A DNA stretch of 64,000 nucleotides from the human T2T-CHM13v2.0 reference genome, Homo sapiens. Numbering within the stretch: the stretch's first letter is position 1; the number at the start of each line of letters is the position of its first letter. Of the stretch, positions 1 to 20,677 are shown in pieces. The notes below the pieces were generated by a model. It ran no database searches and had not been told where the DNA came from. It was given only the letters and a program-made list of their open reading frames with translations. The DNA lies in assembly GCF_009914755.1 (NCBI RefSeq), contig NC_060943.1; one strand, written 5' to 3'. Made by a program: the position numbers and the translations under genes.

Positions 1-1106
1 TCCTGACCTCATGATCCACCCGCCTCGGCCTCCCAAAGTGCTGGGATTACAGGCATGAGCCACTGCGCCTGGCCCATTATAGCATTTCTAACAGGAACAT
101 AAGCAGCGGTGGGGCAGCCTCATGAGATGTGGGCCCTGCTGCCAGCTATCCCGCTATCCAGACAGGGAACTGAGGCTTGCAGATGCTAACTACATGTGAA
201 CCCAGGTCTGTCTGGCTTCAGAAACCTCTAGTAAAAGGCAGCATGAGTCCAGCATCAAGGGAAAGGTGAGGTAATTTACATTAGGTCAATATCAGGATGT
301 AGCAAAGGCTGTGGAAACAAAGAGGGCTTTCTGGCAATCATGTAGAAGAGCAGGCGGTAGCATTTTCAGTCCAGCATGCCTGCAGCTGCAGGAAAGCAGG
401 GGGAACATCAAAGACTGTGGGAGGGTAAGTGGGTGGGTTATAACCACTTTAGGTTATCGGTGACTTTTCTTCCTTCATACAGTATGCCATCACTTTGTGA
501 GGGATTGGGGAGTAGGGTCCCTTAAGCCCTGAGCCTACTTCTGGAAGGATCCCTCTCTGGGAGTAGGTGTGGCCACCTGTATGTGGTGGGACCTATCTAG
601 TGTCTAGTGCTGTTGGGGCTTCCTGAGGGTGGTGAAAGAGCAAAGAAAGTCAGGAACAAATGAGACTTCGCCACTGGACTGGGGGCAATGGAAGGTGAAA
701 ACCACATCGTGGGAAAAGTGCTTTCTCCCTATCACAAGAGTTAAGACAGCATGGTTACCATGTGTGCTCGTGACCTCTGGGATGTCTGGGCTGTGAGAGT
801 CCATTCTGGGAGCTTAGGAGGAAGGAAGAGGGAAACCAAACAGCTCATCACTTCTATTTCTCCTCCTTGGCCTTTTCCTCTCCCCAGAAAGCCAATGATA
901 ACTGCTAATTAGCAGGTGTACTTAAGTGATTCACCAACTTTAGCCAGTCTACAAAAGTGAGTAGGGCGAAAAGGTGTATCCACTATGTGGAATGACCTGG
1001 CTGTTCCCTACACATCCCTCAATACAGCTCAAGCACGACCTCTCCAACTTTCCAGGCTAGACTGGAGCCTCTCCTGTGTCGCTTTAATTCTAGCACAGGG
1101 GTGACT

Positions 1107-2199
<1,093 letters not shown>

Positions 2200-2409
2200 T
2201 GTCTAAAGACTTCTATGGTAAACAGCAGATTCCTAATACACATTCACAGAATGAATGGCAGACATATATTGGCCAATGTGCGTTTTCTACTAAAATCCTG
2301 GTATGTTTCCAATTGGCTAAAGAACTTCTGTGTAAAAAAATCTCGAATAAAAGACATTACCAAAGAAACACGAAAAACAACAAATAGAAACTTTGGCTGA
2401 TTTCCTTAC

Positions 2410-4017
2410 CATCACTCAGACTACTTGGAGCCTTGGCCTGAATTTCAGGTTTCGTAGGAGGAATCATTTTCTCCTCCTCTCGCATCGGCTCTGGTTCGGC
2501 TTTCTTAACCTGGAGGGGACATCCGCTGCTGACTAGCCAGGCCTTCAGGTGGTCTATGTACTCTCGCCCAAACAAAGTGGAGTCTTCGAAGTTTGGAAAC
2601 GCAGCAGGTGAGGGAGCTATATCTTGCAGGCCGACAGCTTCTAAGATTTTCTCCTGCCGGAAAGAAGAGGCCAAGGAAAATGTCTGTCCCAAAAGGGCCA
2701 AAGACTTCCGGCAGAGAGAGTTGGTGGTTTCTAGGGCAAGAGCCAAGTCCAGGGGGTTACTGAGGGTCTTCATCTTGACACTTAGCTCGTAGGCATTGCA
2801 GGCCATAAGCAAAGGTGTGACACTCTTCAGAAGCCGGTCTTGAAGTCTCATTATGTACTTGTCAAAAGGCTTTATGATTTCAAAAAAGCAATTTTTGGTC
2901 TTCACAGCACCTTTGTCTAAAAGCATGTTTAAAAACTCATTATCAACTCTGGGTGTTTTCAAAGCAGAGTGCTTTAAAAATTTGATAGTAAAAAAGCAAA
3001 AATCTCTGTGCTCTGGTTTTAAGGAACATTTGAATGAGGCAAGCATTTTAGCACAGGTTTCTGTTTCAAGTTCAAAGAGAGTCTGGAAAAGTTGGGAAAA
3101 TTTAATATCATCTTTTATGGTGTGGAATCCTGCCCATTTGATTATTTCTATCCCAAATCTTGAAAAAACATCAGACTTATCTATGATGTCAAAGCTCATC
3201 TTTCTTCTGGGGAGCCGAAGATTCTTCAGATCCAGCCCCAGAGGGATCTTCTGAATGGGGAACTGGATATCTTCTGTCCCTGGGTTTGTCCCCAGGGTCA
3301 CATCAGGACTTGGAGTGTTTTTCTGGATTTGGTTAGTGCCCTGAGTTTTGGGAGTAATACGATTCACGGTGGGTATTTTTTTTGTGCTCACATTTCTCAA
3401 TGTGACAAGTTTCCCAACACCCCCCTTAGCTGTGAGCAGGCCCTGAGTCTCCCCCTTTCCTAGGAGGGAACCTTCCTGGTCAACGATGTTTAGAGCTCGA
3501 CCTCTGGCCTGGACTTGACTGCTGCCCCTAAGCACAGAGTCAGCCTCCCCAGGATGGTCCACGTCATAATCCCGACTCTCCTTCTCCAAACACTCTTTCT
3601 CAATCAGCCTGGAAGATCCAAAGTCCCCCAAAACTGCAGAGGGACCAAAACTATACTCCTGTGACCAAGAGGACTCTTGAGAAACTGGATGGCCAAAGTC
3701 TTGTTCCCAAGAACCACGGAGCGCAAATTTCCAGTCCTGAGAACGGAAATGCCCCAATTTCCGGTGGCCAATGACCTGGTCCCGAGAATCAGAGTGAGAA
3801 AATTCCAGATCCCGGCCACATTCTTTGCGAAAGTAGCTGTCATCACTGATGGAAGGGTTGCTTGATCTGAAGGAAGGCCCTGGAAATACGTCACTTCTCA
3901 GGCCTTCTCTTCCGGCATCTCTAGAGTGAGCTACAGATCCACTGAGGGAGTATCTGCCATCGCTGTGGACGTCATCATACATCTCTGCTCTGGATCTTGG
4001 GACTGCCCTTAAGAGAT
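2410..4017 (-). CDS. SUGP2: SUGP2 (SURP and G-patch domain protein 2, SFRS14) coding exon 3, 1608 nt, phase 1-1
   Basis: Long stop-free ORF (DLLRAVPRSRAEMYDDVHSDGRY...KAPSSLSD) recognised as SUGP2. Polypyrimidine tract plus CAG acceptor at 4018-4020; GTAAGG donor at 2409-2404. Frame continues from exon 2 (CAA G|AT). The gene continues beyond the window start. Confidence 0.95.
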
Positions 4018-4721
4018 CTGAAATAAACCATCCAAAAAAAAAAAAGAAGAAGCCAAAAGATACTTTAGACCAGAGAATGCAAACAGTGCAAACAAACAGT
4101 CCACGGATCACCAGGCAGCAAAACTGCTTTATACACCTCAGTGCTTTTTGCCAATCTGTATTTGCTGCCAACATTTAAAATGCGTGTGGTGTCACTTAAA
4201 AATCTGGATCGACTACTTACTAAAACAGAAGACCTATAAGCACCAAGCCTGAGTTTGCCCTGATGACGTCAACCCAGGCTGGGCAGTAGCAGCCTGACGG
4301 GCAAGACACAGACTCTCTAAGTTGGCACCAACAGCCCTCGCTCATTCAGATCCCCCTACTCTCTAGCCATCTGGGTTGACAATCCCTCTTTTAGTCTGAG
4401 GAAAGGGTGTTTGGTCCCCAAATAACCTGGATATTTTTACTGCAACTGGAGCACTTCTGTGTTTCTACTTCTATCTCAGAACAGACAGGTTTTATTGAGG
4501 CTACCTGCCTTCACTGCCTCTTAGAAGGAAGTCTCAGCCCACAGTGCCACCGTGAGGCTAGAGGAACCATAGCTAACACCACACCCACCACAGCTGACCC
4601 AAAGCTGGCTGAACCCATCCCTCGGAAAGGTCGGCCAGGCCAATCAACCCTCTCTCTGGAGCTGAAAAACCACAGACCGAGGCAGGCAGGAGGGAAGGCA
4701 GAAGCTTAACAAGATACATCA

Positions 4722-5054
<333 letters not shown>

Positions 5055-5179
5055 CTAGCTTTTCAATCAGAATCGATGACCTAGTTAAAAAAAAAATCAA
5101 ATGAACAGGGAAGGAGAGGTGCCAGGAGGTAGCGATAGGTTAAGAGGCCACAGGAAGCCAAAGTCGTATATAAATCCTA

Positions 5180-5900
5180 GTTCACTTGTTCAACAAGTAC
5201 AAACTGGGCACCTACTGTGCGCAAGCACTGTACTAGGCACTGAAGTTACAGCAAGAAAATGAGAACTCTTCCAAACTTGTCAGTTGAGAGAGCCAGACAA
5301 TAAACAAAAATATATCAGATGCAAGTTAAGTACCAAGAAGACAAATCAAGCACGTGGGAACCTGAGGAGGCAATGACATTTTGAGACAGGCTAGTCAAGG
5401 AGGGTAGCTCTGACACTTTTTTTTTTCTTTTTTTTTTTGAGACAGAGTCTCGCTCTGTTGCCCAGGCTGGAGTGCCGGAGTGCAAGGGTGCGATCTTGGC
5501 TCACCGCAACCTCCACCTCCCAGGTTCAAGCGATTCTCCTGCCTCCGCCTCCTGAGTAGCTGGGAATACAGGCACCCGCCACCATGCCCGGCTAACTTTT
5601 GTATTTTTAGTAGAGACAGGGTTTCACCACATTGGCCAGGCTGGTCTGGAACTCCTGACCTTGTGATCCGCCCACCTCGGCCTCCCAAAGTGCTGGGATT
5701 ACAGGCGTGAGCCACCGTGTCACGCTGCATAGCTCTGACACTTTATCTAGCAGCAGTGGCCTGGCATGAGGAGCCAGACCGTACAGTTACAAAGGGAAGC
5801 CTTCCAGGCAGAGGGGGAATGAGGACAAGACCCTGAGGTGGGACCAGTAGGGGGCCAATGTAGACAGAAGGGAACACAGGGAATGAAAGGCCAAGTGGTA
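5180..5900 (-). mobile_element. L2 fragment interrupted by an Alu (about 5416-5729) with 15-bp TSD TAGCTCTGACACTTT
   Basis: L2 3'-end-like text (ttcaacaag...cacctactgtgcgcaagcactgtactaggcactg). TSD at 5405-5419 and 5730-5744. Confidence 0.7.
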
Positions 5901-5904
5901 GGAA

Positions 5905-6050
5905 GGCAGCTCCCAAACTCTGCTACTGGAGCCCCAGGGACCACCTCCCCAGACATTCTTACTTAATTAAATAAGGGCATGACCTGGGCATCAGGGTTTT
6001 TAAAAGGCCCCCAGGTGACGCTAACGTGCTACAAAGTTAGGGAACCACTA
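5905..6050. mobile_element. MER5-like hAT DNA transposon remnant
   Basis: ...cccccaggtgacgctaacgtgctacaaagttagggaaccact resembles the MER5A terminus. Confidence 0.55.
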
Positions 6051-6496
6051 ATATAAGAGACACAAATGGAGAAGGAGTACCAGATCCAAGTCGGGCCCTC
6101 AGTGGTACTCTGGAATTTACTCTGGGAGAGACAGAAGGCTAGTGAAGAGTTCTAAGCAGAGGGATGATCTCACTGGCTGCTGCACAGGGAACAGATTAAA
6201 GGAGATGAGCACAGACGTGGATGTTCCTGCAAGAAATCCACTGTGATAACCCAGGTATTGATGATTGGTATTGATGGCATGATTAGGGAGGGAACATTAG
6301 TGACAGAGAGTGATGGCTGGATTCTACTCAAGAGAATTTTCTCATACCCTTTATGAGGAGATGAAAAGTTCAGAGTGGAGCAGAGAAACAGAGAAAGGCT
6401 AAACGATAGACTGCTTTGCAACACAGAAATGTTCCAGAATCACCTAGCATACTGCTAGGTTTCTAGTCCTCTCCCACCCACGGCCCCCTAATCTGT

Positions 6497-8600
<2,104 letters not shown>

Positions 8601-8742
8601 AAAACCTTTACCTCCTCCTAAATAAGGAAACTAAGGATCAGAGGACTGGTATTATTTGCCCAAGGTATTGTAATCTTCCTGCCTTGGCCCTAAGATACAC
8701 CCCTACCAAAACAACAACTACAACAACAACACTTTATTTTAC

Positions 8743-8863
8743 CTTGAGCTTTAAACTGAAGAGTTTCGCTTACAGCCTCACCACTGGCATCCATGTGATA
8801 TCGTTTGGCTTTTTCTTGTAATACAGCATCAAAAGTCTCCTGTGTAATTCGTCTGGCTGCCAT
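8743..8863 (-). CDS. SUGP2: SUGP2 coding part of exon 2 ([40 protein letters not shown]); whole exon 8743-8874
   Basis: Translated by hand. ATG at 8863-8861 in strong context (AACATGG), acceptor ctctctcaccatag before 8874, donor GTAAAA at 8742. In frame with exon 3. Confidence 0.93.
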
Positions 8864-8916
8864 GTTATTTTGCCCTATGGTGAGAGAGAAAAAAATACAC
8901 TAAGAGCAACAACTTG

Positions 8917-10254
<1,338 letters not shown>

Positions 10255-11230
10255 AGGATCACTCTTTTCCCATTCACAGACTCAGCAGGGCACAGAGGCT
10301 CTGAGAACTTCCTTCCCTTCTAAAAGAAGCCTCTTGACAGTGAGTGGCGGGACCCCCAACCAATGACAATGAACTAGTGACAGTTCATTCTGCGCTGGGT
10401 CCTTGCGCGATCTCCCAACCACCCACTGAAGAGGCGGGTCCTGTTATGAATGACATTAGGGTGAGGAGGCAAAGGGAGACAGACTCAACGACCCATTCAA
10501 GACCAGACAGCCCAGATTTGAACCTGGCAAAAAGGGTATTCGTGCATCCAAAGCCCCGAAGAATGAGTAAAAAGATTAAGCAACATTTTGGGGTCCAGGG
10601 GCTGCATCCTTAACCATCAAGATATCCCGCTTCGCAAAACCTCCAACTTCAAGAGACAACCCGTAGGGTCCATTTCCCATCACGATCACCGCCTCCCCCA
10701 CCCGCCTCCCCCAGTCCCATCCTTCAGCCCTTTTCCCGGGGCGCCCCCTTGTTCTCTGCTGGCAAAGGGCAGGGTTCCCGGGTCAGGTGACCCAGGTTCA
10801 AATCACACGATTCTAAGCTTTCTGTGCTTCCGTTTCCCCACCTATGGAATGGGCAGCCAGTAAAGGGGCTGGTGTGGGGGCTGAACCGGTTCTAAAGAGG
10901 GCAAGGGCCCGATGCAGCGCTGGGCGCCGTTATCTCCTCCCGAGCGGGGGCCGCTCCGAGTTCGGGAGGAATGAATGAACGACTGAACCAATGAGCCTTT
11001 GTGGACGCGGCCCGCCGTCTCCCGGCCTCTGCGGGCGAGGAAATGGGGGCGCCGGGCCCGGGAGGCCGCAGCCGGCCACCCAGGCCAACCCGGCGGGGAC
11101 GCGGCCGCCGCCGCAGCCAGAGGGCCGAGCCTGCGACGCCATCACGGAGCCCGGGGCGGGCCCCCAAGGCCGAGCCCGAGCTTCCCACCCCGGGAGCCAC
11201 CCACCGACGACGCCAGGGCCCGGGCCTCAC

Positions 11231-11420
11231 CCCGAGACCACCGCGCGCGGAGCCACCCCCGCCGCCGCCTCAGGCTCCTCACCCGCCGCCGCCGCCGCGC
11301 GAGGCGGGGACATGCAAATGAACCAACGGTCTCCGCAGCGCCGCGCCGCGCAGGCGCAAGCCGCCGCCGAGTCCTGGTGCGCAGGCGCGGGCCGCCGCGG
11401 CCCGGCTCTCTTGCGCAAGC
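11231..11420 (-). other. SUGP2: SUGP2 exon 1 with two alternative GTGAGG donors (exon ends 11231 or 11283); TSS approximate
   Basis: Two GTGAGG donor matches on the minus strand inside the CpG island. The 5' end cannot be fixed from sequence alone. Confidence 0.65.
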
Positions 11421-11429
11421 GCGCTGTCC

Positions 11430-11724
11430 GCTTCTTCTGGGCGGACGCTCTGGAGGCAAAACATTTCCCTGCTGGGGGCGGCGACCACCGTGAGCGTCCC
11501 GGAAGGGGCGGCAAAGACGCCTCCGTCGCGCACGAGGTGGCCTCGTTGGCTTTACCTTGGTTCGCGGTCGTCCTTGGTTATCGTGAGCGTCCGCGAGTCT
11601 CTGGGAGGCCAAGCCTAGGGGCGCCACAGCGCCTGCGCGCGTACGGCGGCCGGAAGGGGCTAGAGGCGGCTCCCTGGGTGACAACCGCGCGCCCCACCTT
11701 TCCCCACGTGGCCGCGAAGACCGG
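11430..11724 (+). other. ARMC6: ARMC6 non-coding exon 1 (5' end approximate)
   Basis: CGG|GTGAGA donor at 11725 within the CpG island, upstream of the ARMC6 coding exons. Confidence 0.65.
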
Positions 11725-11894
11725 GTGAGACGCTGCGGCTGCCGAGGCCTGTCCCGCGCGGAGTGGGGAGTGGGGGTGCCGCAGGGTCGGGCTGGCGCGA
11801 CCCTCGGGTACGTGGTTTGGGGGGAAAAAAAAAATGAAAGAATTTTACAGAAGCCGCCTGGGGACAAAATCCTCGGCTTCCCTGGCATTCGCTT

Positions 11895-12270
11895 TATTTT
11901 CATTCATTTTATTTATTCATTCAGCACCTGTGCACTGAGTGCCTGCTGCGTGTCGGGCCCCGTCCTAGGCAGTGGGGACAAGGAGGCTACAGGGTACAAA
12001 TAAATGAGTGAACGATGTTGCTCTAGATACAGGTAATGGTGTGCAAATAATAACAGAGTGATGGGACGGGAAAGCAGGGCTGCTCTTTATCTAGAAGTGG
12101 TTTTGAAGGCTGTCTCTTGAGTGCTGGGAAGGATGAGAAAGGCGGGGAAGAGGAACTTGGAAGGCTTAGATAGAGAAAGTGCGGATAAGGAGGCTGGGTT
12201 TTGTTCTGAGAGGGTTGGGAAGCCACTACCGGGCTTTGAGCACGTGAGTGAGGTGGAGTCTAGGCTCTGG
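11895..12270 (-). mobile_element. L2 3'-end fragment overlapping ARMC6 exon 2
   Basis: cattcattttatttattcattcagcacc...ctgagtgcctgctgcgtgtcgggccccgtcctaggcagtggggaca resembles the antisense L2 terminus. Confidence 0.6.
12004..12032 (+). CDS. ARMC6: ARMC6 alternative exon 2 (11925-12032), coding start of the 501-aa isoform (MSERCCSRYS)
   Basis: Acceptor tttattcattcag at 11924, ATG at 12004, donor CAG|GTAATG at 12033. Splicing to 20511 gives [30 protein letters not shown] in frame. Confidence 0.75.
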
Positions 12271-12335
12271 GAGTGGCAGGTGACGCCGCCCTTAGGGGAG
12301 GCTGGTGTTTGAACCAGAGTGGGTGTGGCTGGTAG

Positions 12336-13098
<763 letters not shown>

Positions 13099-13527
13099 CA
13101 GCACAGTTTTCTTGATGAGCAGATTCCTGGCTGAGAGAAGGAAACTGGCTGCCAGTTAGGGGCCTTACTCATCTTCTGTTTTACCCTCAGCATGCCCTGA
13201 TGGATAATAGGGACTGGTAATGCTGCTTCCCCCTTTTAGCCTAGGCTGTTCTCCAGGTAATTCTTACTTGGCCATCTCCAGGCACCATCTTATGTGTTCC
13301 AAATCTGTACTTTCCTCCTCCAACTCAGCCCTGTACCAGATCTAGGGGACCTTGGAGGACTCAGGTCAGGGGTGGTCACAGAGCCAGACCTTCCCAACTC
13401 AGTCAGCTCAGGGGTGGGTGGAAGGGAGGGGTTGTGGGTTGGGGAGTGAAGCCAGAGAGTGTGGGCTCTCTGAGTGGCCAGGAAAGGCAGCCACCTGGAA
13501 GGGCTGGCAGAAGCTCCACAGAGGACT

Positions 13528-14331
<804 letters not shown>

Positions 14332-14698
14332 TGGCCTGGCCGGGGTGGTGGGAGTGGAGTCCCCTACTCCTTACTCCCTACTGAGAAACTCTTTATATTA
14401 CTCTTCCTTCACCTTTAACCTTGGAAATCCATAGCAGCCCTTAAAGAGCTCCCTTTTCTTCTGGGGCAGAAAGGAGAGGGGCCTATCTGCAAAAGAGTGA
14501 GATGGGACTCCTGCATAAACTTGCTGAATTGCCTCTTAAGCAACAAAGGAAAGGAACAAATAGCTAATTTATTGAGCCTGTCCATATCCTGTTCTGAGGA
14601 AGGTATAGGAGTTGGCTGAATTTTTCACTACTGCCCTATGAAGTAGATTCGTGTTTATCTCTGTTTGACACATGAGGGAATTGAAGAAAAGTGTATCT

Positions 14699-15446
14699 GG
14701 CTGGGCGTGGTGGCTCATGCCTGTAATCCCAGCATGATGGGAGGCCGAGGCAGGTGGGTCACCTGAGGTCAGGAGTTCGAGACTAGCCTGGCCAACATGG
14801 TGAAACCCTGTCTCTACTAAAAATACGAAAATTAGCTGGGCGTGGTGGCATGGGCCTGTAGTCTCAGCTACTTGGAGGCTGAGGCACAAGAATCGCTTGA
14901 ACCCAGGAGGCAGAGGTTGTGGTGAGCCAAGATCGTGCCACTGCATTCCAACCTGGGCGACAGAGCGAGACTCTGTCTCAAAAAAAAAAGAAAAGGGCAT
15001 TGAAGTGGAGGGCATGGGAACTGGGTTCTGCAGGCTGGCTGCGAGCCAGTCCTTCTCCCGTCAGGCAGTGTGCAGTCCATGGTGGGCATCTGCAGGAACA
15101 CAGATGGAATGTGTATATCCCATGCCACTGCCTGAAAAGAGAAGCATGGGCCAGAGTGACCTGTTTCTTTTTCCTTTTTTTTTTTTTTTTGAGACAAGGT
15201 CTTACTTTGTCACCCAGGCTGGAGTTCAGGGATATGATCTCAGCTCACTGCAGCCTTGACCTCCCTGGGCTCCCACCTCAGCCTCCCAAATAGCTGTAAC
15301 TACAGGTGCATGCTCCCACACCTGGCTAATTTTGGTATTTTTTATAGAGATGGAGTTTCGCCACGTGTCCAGGCTGGTCTCAAACTCCTGGCCTCATGTG
15401 ATCCTTCCGCCTCGGCCTCCCAAAGTGCAGGCCACCATGCCTGGCC
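14699..15446. mobile_element. Alu (+) 14699-14995 and Alu (-) 15165-15446
   Basis: Alu consensus; tail-to-tail inverted pair about 170 bp apart. Confidence 0.9.
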
Positions 15447-15657
15447 TGAAGTGGAAACTTGATAATTCCAGAACGGAAACTTGATATTACTGCAATAAGC
15501 AAGGTGGATATATTGAAACAATTAAAATTTAAAAAGTTGTTAACCTCTGTTAGGCTCTGGACCTAAGGCCTGTTCCTCCTTTTGTTCCAAAGGGACGGTG
15601 GCAAATGTTAGGTTCACTCGTACCCTGTCAAGACCTTCTGGTTAAGATCATCTACAG

Positions 15658-16185
15658 CAGGGGTCCCCAATTCCTGGGTCACAGACCCATACTGGTCCAG
15701 TGGTCCCTGGCCTGTTAGGACCTGGGCTGCACAGCAGGAGGCAAGCGTAGGGTGAGCGAGTGAAGCTTCATCTGTATTTACAGCAACTCCCCATCACTTG
15801 CATTATGCCTGAGCTCTACCTCCTGTCAGATCAGCAGCATTAAATTATAGGAGCACGAACCCTACTGTGAACTGCACATGCAAGCGATTTAGGTTGGGCA
15901 CTCCTTATGAAAATCTAATGCCTGATGATCTGTCACTATCTCCCATCACCCCCAGATGGGACTGTCTAGTTGCCAGACAACAAGCTCAGGGCTCCCACTG
16001 ATCCTACATTACAGTGAATAGTATAATTATTATATTACAATGTAACAATAATAGAAATAAAGTGCACAATAAATGTAATGAGCTTGAACAATCCTGAAAC
16101 CATCCCCACCCTAGCCCCACCATATCCATGGAAAAATTGTCTTCCACGAAACTGGTCCCTTAGGCTAAAAAGGTTGGGACTGCTG
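15658..16185. mobile_element. MER1A-like hAT-Charlie non-autonomous DNA transposon, full length
   Basis: Termini CAGGGGTCCCCAA...GGTTGGGACTGCTG, length 528 bp, 8-bp TSD ATCTACAG/AGCTACAG (15650-15657 and 16186-16193). Confidence 0.85.
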
Positions 16186-16322
16186 AGCTACAGGTTTGAA
16201 ACAGAATTGCAAAGGGATTTGGTGTTTTTACCAAGAGTTTTATCTTACTTAACTCTATGTCTTGTTCCCACCTGTCAGAGTGGAAGGTACTGCCCAAGGT
16301 TAGTGGGTCATCTAAGTGTTGA

Positions 16323-17590
<1,268 letters not shown>

Positions 17591-17719
17591 AGACTCCGTC
17601 TCCTTTTCTTTGTTCTTGTGATTTATTTGTTGAAAACTCTGGGTGTTTGTCCTCTAGTTGACATTCTCTTCCCTAGTAGGGATTTTGCAGATCACATCCC
17701 CATGGTGTTGGTTAAGGTG

Positions 17720-17915
17720 TCAGAGCTGTGCTGTGCAATACCATAGTCACTCGTCACACATGGCTATTTACATTAACAAATTAAAATGAAATAAAATTAC
17801 ACACTCAGTTCCTCAGCCACACTGCCACACTTCAGCTGTGTGATAGCCACAGAGGCCAATGGCTTCTGTACTAGGCAGTGCAGATAGAGAACGTTTCATC
17901 ATAGCAGGAAGTGCC
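17720..17915. mobile_element. MER3-like hAT DNA transposon
   Basis: ctgtgctgtgcaata...cacatggctattt...gcagatagagaacgtttc resembles MER3. Confidence 0.65.
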
Positions 17916-18249
17916 CTGAATGCATGATCAGATTCGGGTTTGAGATTTTGGCACGATGACTTCACAGGTGCATTTTGTTCTTGTTCAGGAGGTAGGTGTT
18001 GCTGGTTTCTCTTGATGATGTGAGATCAAGCAGTAGACTGAGTTCCTGTCTACCCCTTGTTGGGCTCCCATCAGTTTTACACCTGATGGTTTTGGATCCT
18101 GTGGGATCATTATCTGTTTCTCTCCTGTCACAGCTGATCAGCTGGAATCGGAAGCAGAACTTTTCCTCATCCTCTTTTTATAACCTGGGACTCATTTGTA
18201 CAAGGGAGGCAGGTTAAGTGCTAGGTTTTTTTTAAAAAAATTGTTACTA

Positions 18250-20312
<2,063 letters not shown>

Positions 20313-20510
20313 TCTTCTGTATTTGCAGAAGTTCTAGGGAAGTAGGGATATCACCCTTTCCTGTGATAACAGGTGGGAAGAATTTCTCCAGGGTGGTTGT
20401 AGGGCTCTGGTCGCTGGTAGATGCTTCCTAAGTGGCGTTTTCAAGGTGGCCAGGCCCTGCCATTGCCTGCTCACCCTTGAGGTAGCTCTCTCTTTGCCCT
20501 AACCTCTCAG

Positions 20511-20677
20511 CTCAGGAGCATCTATCGGCTGCACGCCAACATCAACACAGGCGAAGATGGTCTCCAAGCGCATTGCCCAGGAGACCTTTGATGCAGCTGT
20601 GCGCGAGAACATCGAGGAGTTTGCGATGGGGCCAGAGGAGGCAGTGAAAGAGGCCGTGGAGCAGTTTGAATCGCAAG
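20511..20677 (+). CDS. ARMC6: ARMC6 exon 3; main ATG at 20557 ([40 protein letters not shown])
   Basis: Acceptor cctaacctctcag at 20510, strong Kozak AAGATGG, donor AAG|GTAGGG at 20678. Confidence 0.93.

Larger units (their letters stand above)
10880..11820. promoter_or_regulatory. CpG island and bidirectional promoter shared by SUGP2 (-) and ARMC6 (+)
   Basis: Very high GC and CpG content. NRF1-type GCGCNNGCGC motifs at 11348, 11378, 11412 and 11629; ETS CCGGAAG near 11499 and 11650; CACGTG at 11705. Outward-facing splice donors on both strands. Confidence 0.9.

Noticed and set aside
2556-3254. Plus-strand ORFs opposite SUGP2 exon 3 (and minus-strand ORFs opposite ARMC6 exons)
   Set aside because: Antisense shadows of real coding exons.
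4018-4174. Upstream part of the 605-aa ORF (MLAANTDW...FFFFFGW)
   Set aside because: It runs through the polypyrimidine tract of the exon 3 acceptor, so it is intronic; the real frame enters from exon 2.
4253-4400. Hairpin with TGATGA and CTGA resembling a C/D snoRNA or SECIS, plus a TGACGTCA CRE at 4264
   Set aside because: It is antisense to the host transcript, the spacing fits neither C/D nor SECIS geometry, and a single CRE palindrome is expected by chance.
10892-11903. Several 100-250 aa ORFs across the CpG island
   Set aside because: Stop-codon depletion in very GC-rich DNA; low-complexity R/P/G/A products with no family resemblance.
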